DNA of 64,000 nucleotides from Cyanophyceae cyanobacterium (GTDB lineage Bacteria; Cyanobacteriota; Cyanobacteriia; Cyanobacteriales; JBHJGN01): NCBI GenBank assembly GCA_050331735.1, contig JBHJGN010000029.1, positions 64,001 to 128,000 of the forward strand, read 5' to 3'. Shown piece by piece: positions 62,391 to 64,000 of this stretch (position 1 is its first letter; each line of letters starts with the position of its first letter). The notes under the pieces were generated by a model. It saw only the letters and a program-made list of their open reading frames with translations, ran no database searches and was not told where the DNA came from. The position numbers and the translations under genes were made by a program.

Positions 62391-63245
62391 ATGATGATTC
62401 GTCGATTAACGGCTCTTCTAATTGCGATCGCTCTATGCTGGACTACCGTTGCCTGTAGTTCTCCACCCGCCCAAGCAAGCTTTAACAATAGTGTTGCTGT
62501 AGCCACGCAAACATCCTCAATTGAGGACGGCAAATATCCTATCCAGCAGGCTACCTACGATGATGCCACCGGGGAGTATCGGCTGATGCTGCTGAATACG
62601 CCTCCCGGAAACCCTTCAGCGTTTCGCTCCACCGAACTACAGATGGCGCGGCTCACCGAAGAACAGATTGCTTCTGGAGAAAAATCTTACCTAGAAGTTG
62701 ATGGGAGTCAGACGGTGGCCTATCTGAGCGAAGATTTCAAGTTTGAGTATATCCACAACGTGACGGATACTCAAATTAATCCGCAAACTGGCGAACCGGA
62801 AACAATTATCGTTGAGCGGCGTTCCGGTTTTTGGACGCCTTTTGCTGGAGCGTTAGCCGGTCAAGCGTTGGGCAGTTTACTGTTTACTCCTCAGTATTAC
62901 ATGCCGCCTATCTATCAGCCAGGAGGAACTCTTAGCGGCTACGGTGGCTACGGTCGCTCCTACTCCCAGGCCGTTAACCGCTATCAGAGCCGCTATCAAG
63001 CACCGCCACCTGTCGTCAAAAATCGTCAAGCACTGAGAACCACTGGACGTTTGCGAAATCCTGCAACCAGCACTCGTAAGCCGATTAATAAAACAAGAGC
63101 GACAGGTTCTGGTTATGGTTCTAGTAACCTCCGTTCTTCTGGTAACCCGTCTAAATTTAGAAAGAGCCCTAGCAGCTTTGGCAGCCGTTACGGTAGCCGC
63201 CGCAAGAGTTTTAGCGGTAGTCGCAGGCGTTCCAGACGGCGCTAG
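62391..63245 (+). CDS. Putative lipoprotein with Arg/Ser-rich C-terminal tail
   Basis: TTVAC lipobox, FWTPFAGALAG, RRKSFSGSRRRSRRR. Confidence 0.8.
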   Translation: MMIRRLTALLIAIALCWTTVACSSPPAQASFNNSVAVATQTSSIEDGKYPIQQATYDDATGEYRLMLLNTPPGNPSAFRSTELQMARLTEEQIASGEKSYLEVDGSQTVAYLSEDFKFEYIHNVTDTQINPQTGEPETIIVERRSGFWTPFAGALAGQALGSLLFTPQYYMPPIYQPGGTLSGYGGYGRSYSQAVNRYQSRYQAPPPVVKNRQALRTTGRLRNPATSTRKPINKTRATGSGYGSSNLRSSGNPSKFRKSPSSFGSRYGSRRKSFSGSRRRSRRR

Positions 63246-63273
63246 CGTCTGAGTTGAGCAGAGTTTGAAAGGA

Positions 63274-63321
63274 GGAGCATCGCTGGTTGAGTATGCGGGT
63301 CAACAGGCGATCGCTCCTTTT
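63274..63321. terminator. Hairpin between convergent genes
   Basis: AGGAGCATCGC..GTTGA / TCAAC..GCGATCGCTCCTTTT. Confidence 0.55.
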
Positions 63322-63326
63322 CGCCT

Positions 63327-63674
63327 TCAGGCTTCCCAAGTTAACTTAATTGCGTGAGCATCACACTCTTTTCTTGCTGCGTCGAAAACAGCGCGTGGGT
63401 CTTTTACAGAACTAAGGCCAAACAGATGTAATCTTTTTTGTTTATTAGGATAGTAAGCTGAATAAGCTAGTAGTTGGTGAATTGCACTAGACCATTTTTT
63501 AGCGTGTTTAACCTCAATTAATTCTGTCTTTGTCAGCAGATCGATTCTTTTTCTATTGGGAAGTACAACTTCGCGCTGTCCTCCAACTTCCTGATGGAGT
63601 TTTTCTTGGTAGTAGTATTCTAAGCGTTTATCGCTTAAAAAGCCTACTTTTTCCAAAGCTTCGATTAACGACAT
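63327..63674 (-). CDS. PD-(D/E)XK nuclease-like small protein
   Basis: GGQREV..RIDLLT..LIEVK..QLLAY. Confidence 0.65.
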   Translation of the reverse strand: MSLIEALEKVGFLSDKRLEYYYQEKLHQEVGGQREVVLPNRKRIDLLTKTELIEVKHAKKWSSAIHQLLAYSAYYPNKQKRLHLFGLSSVKDPRAVFDAARKECDAHAIKLTWEA

Positions 63675-63973
63675 TTTATGCTTGCAATCCGCTGATCTAT
63701 TTCTTTGATTTTGTTGATGATATCTTCTTTACTCATGGAGTCAGCTTTTCTAAAAATAGAGCGAAAGCTACTGCGTACTCCTGAAATTCTGCGCCCTAAG
63801 CTTTTATTACTTTCTCCTAGTTGTTTTCGACGAGCTACTTCCTGTTCGTATCCTTTCTGAAGTTTTTTATATACTTCTGTTTCAAAAATTGCCTCTTTAG
63901 CAAGCTCCCGCAATTTTCCGATTTCTCGATTGAGATGCTCAATGTTACTTTTGTCAACGGTTGCGTTGCTCAC
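63665..63973 (-). CDS. Coiled-coil hypothetical protein
   Basis: AT-rich, Lys/Glu-rich ORF overlapping the next gene. Confidence 0.55.
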   Translation of the reverse strand: MSNATVDKSNIEHLNREIGKLRELAKEAIFETEVYKKLQKGYEQEVARRKQLGESNKSLGRRISGVRSSFRSIFRKADSMSKEDIINKIKEIDQRIASIKCR

Positions 63974-64000
63974 AATCCATTCGTGCTGAGCTTTAAATGC

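Overview
64 kb of a cyanobacterial chromosome. Evidence: abundant HIP1 GCGATCGC, rpaA, ho1, CIRCE/K-box groEL2 and NtcA-type boxes. It is mostly housekeeping and metabolic genes (sqs, groEL2, fabG, trxQ, cysH, rplI, gloB, rpaA, ho1, argD, purB, futB, srxA, thiE/thiS, comM-like, exbBD) plus tRNA-Gly(CCC) and a c-di-AMP (ydaO) riboswitch. Main accessory items: (1) an orphan mycosporine ligase mysC coupled to two methyltransferases, with no mysA/mysB/mysD in the window; (2) a degenerate integron-like cassette array with two attC-like sites, GNAT and toxin-antitoxin cargo and no integrase; (3) a dispersed mosaic repeat family of sequence-variable 5-bp stems with C-GNA-G triloops; (4) an atypical Amt with a small partner behind an NtcA box; (5) a secreted DUF4347-M14 carboxypeptidase-RTX protein behind a canonical NtcA promoter; (6) a tRNA-adjacent two-component island with a shared tandem TGTCA promoter motif; (7) several frameshifted or deleted genes. 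All calls were made by eye from the sequence and ORF translations; no searches were run.
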